Assembly (NCBI RefSeq): GCF_004010195.1
Contig: NC_057750.1
Span: 9,272,163-9,336,162 of the forward strand
Direction: 5' to 3'
DNA: 64,000 nucleotides
Source: Chiloscyllium plagiosum
Lineage: Eukaryota
Position numbers and translations under genes: made by a program. Position 1 is the stretch's first letter. Each line of letters starts with the position of its first letter. This document shows, piece after piece, positions 60,580-64,000 of this stretch. Below the pieces are notes generated by a model. It saw only the letters and a list, made by a program, of their open reading frames with translations. It ran no database searches and was not told the DNA's origin.

Positions 60580-60915
60580 AGAATCCCTCCAGTGTGGACA
60601 CGGGCTATTCGGCCCATTGAGTCCACCCCAATCCCTCCAAAGAGCATCCCACCCCCCTACTCTATGCCTGGAACCCTGCATTTTCCATAGCCAACCCACC
60701 TAGGCCATACATTTCTGAACAATTTAGCATGACCAATCCATCTAACCTGCACATCTTTGGACTGTGGGAGGAAACCAGAGCACCAGAGGAAACCCATGCA
60801 GACACAAGGGGGAACATCCAGACTCCACACGGACAGTCACCCAAGGGCGGAATTGAACCCGGGTCCCTAGCATTGTGAGGCAGCGGGTTCTGACCACTGA
60901 ACCATCGTGCTGCCC
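60580..60915 (-). mobile_element. HE1-like SINE
   Basis: Head, V-domain and tail. Confidence 0.85.
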
Positions 60916-61224
60916 ATGCCACCGCTAAATGTGTTATATTATGAGCTTGACTGATTATCTCAAACTGGTGGTTAGTGGAGCTATTAGCGCACTTGGGATT
61001 ATTTGGTAAGTTTGACCCAATCATATGTAACAGTGGACATTTAGTCTTGGGATTTGAGTGGACAGGCTGGTGGAGTACAATCTGTATACTGTCTGTTGCA
61101 AACAGCCAAAGGAACATGGTGTTGCCCTCAATCTGCTAATCATTGGGATGTACCTGCCCACATACCTGACACTGCACTGGCACTGAAAATCTAAACCCTA
61201 GGTTCAAAGCGATCAAACCTCATC

Positions 61225-61520
61225 AGACAGCACCTTCACAACCTGCAACCACTTCCATCTAGAAGGACAAGGGCAGCAGATACATGGGAACACCACCATC
61301 TGCAAGTTCCCCGCCAATCCACCTACCACCCTGACTTGGAAATATACCGCCGTTCCTTCACTGTCGCTGGGTGAGAATCCTGGAATTCCCTCCCTAATTG
61401 TCCCGAATGGGCAGTAGCGGTTCAAGAAGGCAGCTCACCACCACCTTCTCAAGGAGCAGTTAGGGACGGACTATCATTACTGGCCCAGCCAATGATGCCT
61501 GCATTGTAGGAACGAACAGA
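61225..61520 (+). mobile_element. Second LINE family 3' end
   Basis: Matches 42165-42405. Confidence 0.8.
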
Positions 61521-62235
61521 AACAAAATTAAAGTAAGCTCGCATCCTTTTTTGTTTGGAGACAGAAGAGTTCCAGATTAGCACTAACCTCAGGACGAACA
61601 AATGTTTCCTGACATTATGCCTGAACAGCCTAAGACATTAAAAATAGGAGCAAAATTAGACCATTCAGCCCATCAAGGGCTCCTCAACCATTCAATAAGA
61701 TCGTGCGGATCTGATAATCCTCAGCTTCACGCGCCTGCCATTTCCTCATTACCTTTCATTCCCTTACTGATTAAACATATTTCTAACTCAGCCTTGAATA
61801 TACTTCATGACCCAGTCTTGACGGTAAAGAATTCCACAGATTAATTCCCCACGGAGAGATGAAATTCCTCCTCGTTCCAATGTTAAGGCGTTAGCTTCTT
61901 GTTCAGGATGACCTCGGACATACTCTGTCCAAGCCCGGGCGCACTCCTGAAAACTGCCCCTTGGGTTTCAAATCATCAAACAAGCAAACAAAGGGAACTT
62001 TGTGTTCCCAGACGGGAATATCCCATGGGATCTCACTGAGCCACACATTGGGTTTGAGGGAGCATTTCCGAGAAGGAAGTGAGAATTCTAGGGAAAGGGG
62101 TTCCAGAGCTTGGAACCCAAGCATGAGAACAGGAAATAGCAGTAAAAGGAGGCCACTCAGCCCCTTAAACCTGCTCTGCTACCCACCTGTATCAGGACTG
62201 CTCTTCAACCTCAATCACAATTCGCCACACACTCA

Positions 62236-63260
62236 CAGAATCATAGAGATGTACAGCATGTAAATAGATCCTTCGGCCCAACTCACCCATGCTGACCAGA
62301 TACCCTAATCTAATCTAGTCCCATTTGCCAGCACCCGGCCCAAATCCCTCCAAACCCTTCCTATTCATATACCCATCCAGATGCCTTTTAAATGTTGCAA
62401 TTGTACCAGCCTCCACCACTTCCTCTGGCAGCTCATTCCATACACGTACCACCTTCTGCGTGAAAAGGTTGCCCCTCAGGTCCCTTTTATATCTTTCCCC
62501 TCTCACCCTAAACCTATGCCCTCTAGTTCTGGACTCCCCCACCCCAGGGAAAAGACCTTATCTATTTACCCTATCCATTCCCCTCATGATTTTATAAACC
62601 TCTATAAAGTAACCCTTCAGCCTCTGACGCTCCAGGGAAAACAGCCCCAGCTTGTTCAGCCTCTCCCTGTAGCTCAGATCCTCCAACCCTGGCAACATCC
62701 TTGTAAATCTTTTCTGAACCCCTTCGAGTTTCACAATATCCTTCCAGTCTCCATGATCCATTTGGTATCTTTAACATGTGCACGCATACCTCTCAGTTAG
62801 GAGGAGGCCATTCAGCCCTTTGAGCTTGCATCACCAGTCAATGCAATCAGATTATGGCCTCAGCCTATGCCATTAGATACCATTTAAATGTCCAATCATG
62901 GCTCTAGAAATCTATTGGTCTCTGCCCTCAATGAATGGTGGCATGGTGGCTCAGTGGTTAGCACTGCTGCCTCCCAGCACCAGGGACCCAGGTTCGATTC
63001 CCATCTCGGGTGACTGACTGCGTGGAGTTTGCACATTCTCCCCAAGTCTGCCTGGGTTTCCTCCAGGTGCTCCTCCCACAGTCCAATGATGGGCAGGTTA
63101 GGGTGGATTGGCCGTGTTATTTTCCCCACAGTGTGCAGGCTAGGTAGGTTAGCCACGGGGAACGTAGGGTTACAGGGATCGGTAGAGAGGTGGGTTTGCG
63201 TGGGATGCTGTTTGGAGGATTGGTGTGAATTTGATGGCCCGCTTTCACACTGTAGGGATC
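62236..63260. mobile_element. CR1/HER1 3' fragment (minus, 62236-62745) and HE1 SINE (plus, 62937-63260)
   Basis: Standard motifs. Confidence 0.88.
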
Positions 63261-64000
63261 GACCATGGTTCTCTGGGGTAGAAGGTCCACCTCCCTCTGA
63301 GTGAGGAAATCCCTCCTGTTCCCAAGTGGGCACCTCTTCTTCTGAGAGTACACCCTTATTGCTTCAGATTCCTCCAGGCCATGGAGCAATTTTCGCAATT
63401 TTGCAAACATCTAAAACGCAGCCGAAGCCTTGGGCATTGACGTAGGGGTGAAGGAATTTGGGGGACATGGAATTAGGAGGGCAGAAATCTCAAGGGGCAA
63501 TGGGGACCAGAGGGAGTAACTGAGTCAGAGGGATTTGAGGAAGATGGTGGGGATTTTTCAATCAACCCTGCCCCGGGCACAGGGGGTGATAGGTGATCAG
63601 GATTTGGCAAGCATTGGCATCTGGGCTGCAGAGTTTCGGTCACAGCAAACATTTCCCCCCCCCCCCCCCCCCCCCCCCCACCAACCCCACCAGCTTTCGC
63701 CCACTTCACCACCCTCTCCTAACACCAGGGACGGTGTTAGATCTGGTATCCAAGTGATGCTTTCATCTCTGAGCTTGTCTCCAGGCAACAGATTTCAGAT
63801 CTGGTACCAAGCTCCTCTCGAATCACAATCTGAACGGGTGAGGGGCAGAGCTACTAGACCAGAACAGACTCTGCCTGGGTACCTTCCAGACCCTGATCAC
63901 CACTTACACACCATTGCAAGTCTTCACTCCCCTTCACTGCCCACAGTTTGCCCCCTCCCTTGTTTACCATTTTCAATATGGTTTTAACTCATTTCTCAGA

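Overview
Repeat-dense, apparently non-coding vertebrate DNA (intron or gene desert). It is almost certainly from a cartilaginous fish (shark), inferred from abundant HE1-like V-SINEs and HER1/CR1-like LINE tails. I could not support any host protein-coding exon. Most long ORFs in the track are retroelement fragments, their antisense, microsatellites or N-gaps. Contents: about 24 HE1-like SINEs, about 20 CR1 3' fragments plus one long decayed CR1, a second LINE/SINE pair, Deu-domain SINE relics, L2 and Tx1 ends, an LTR remnant, a Tc1/pogo-type MITE and two assembly gaps. The most striking signal is several Penelope-like element (PLE) lineages, each with its own minimal type I hammerhead ribozyme motif. 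They occur mostly as 120-230 bp fold-back inserts, several with 13-15 bp target-site duplications (TSDs). Four copies still carry GIY-YIG endonuclease coding remnants. Also notable: a nested inverted-duplication locus (30.5-34.1 kb) around a minisatellite built from nuclear-receptor DR1 / TCAGGG motifs, a 15-copy VNTR inside one HE1 SINE, and several unique enhancer-like islands. Family names come from pattern recognition, not database searches. Boundaries of old repeats are approximate.
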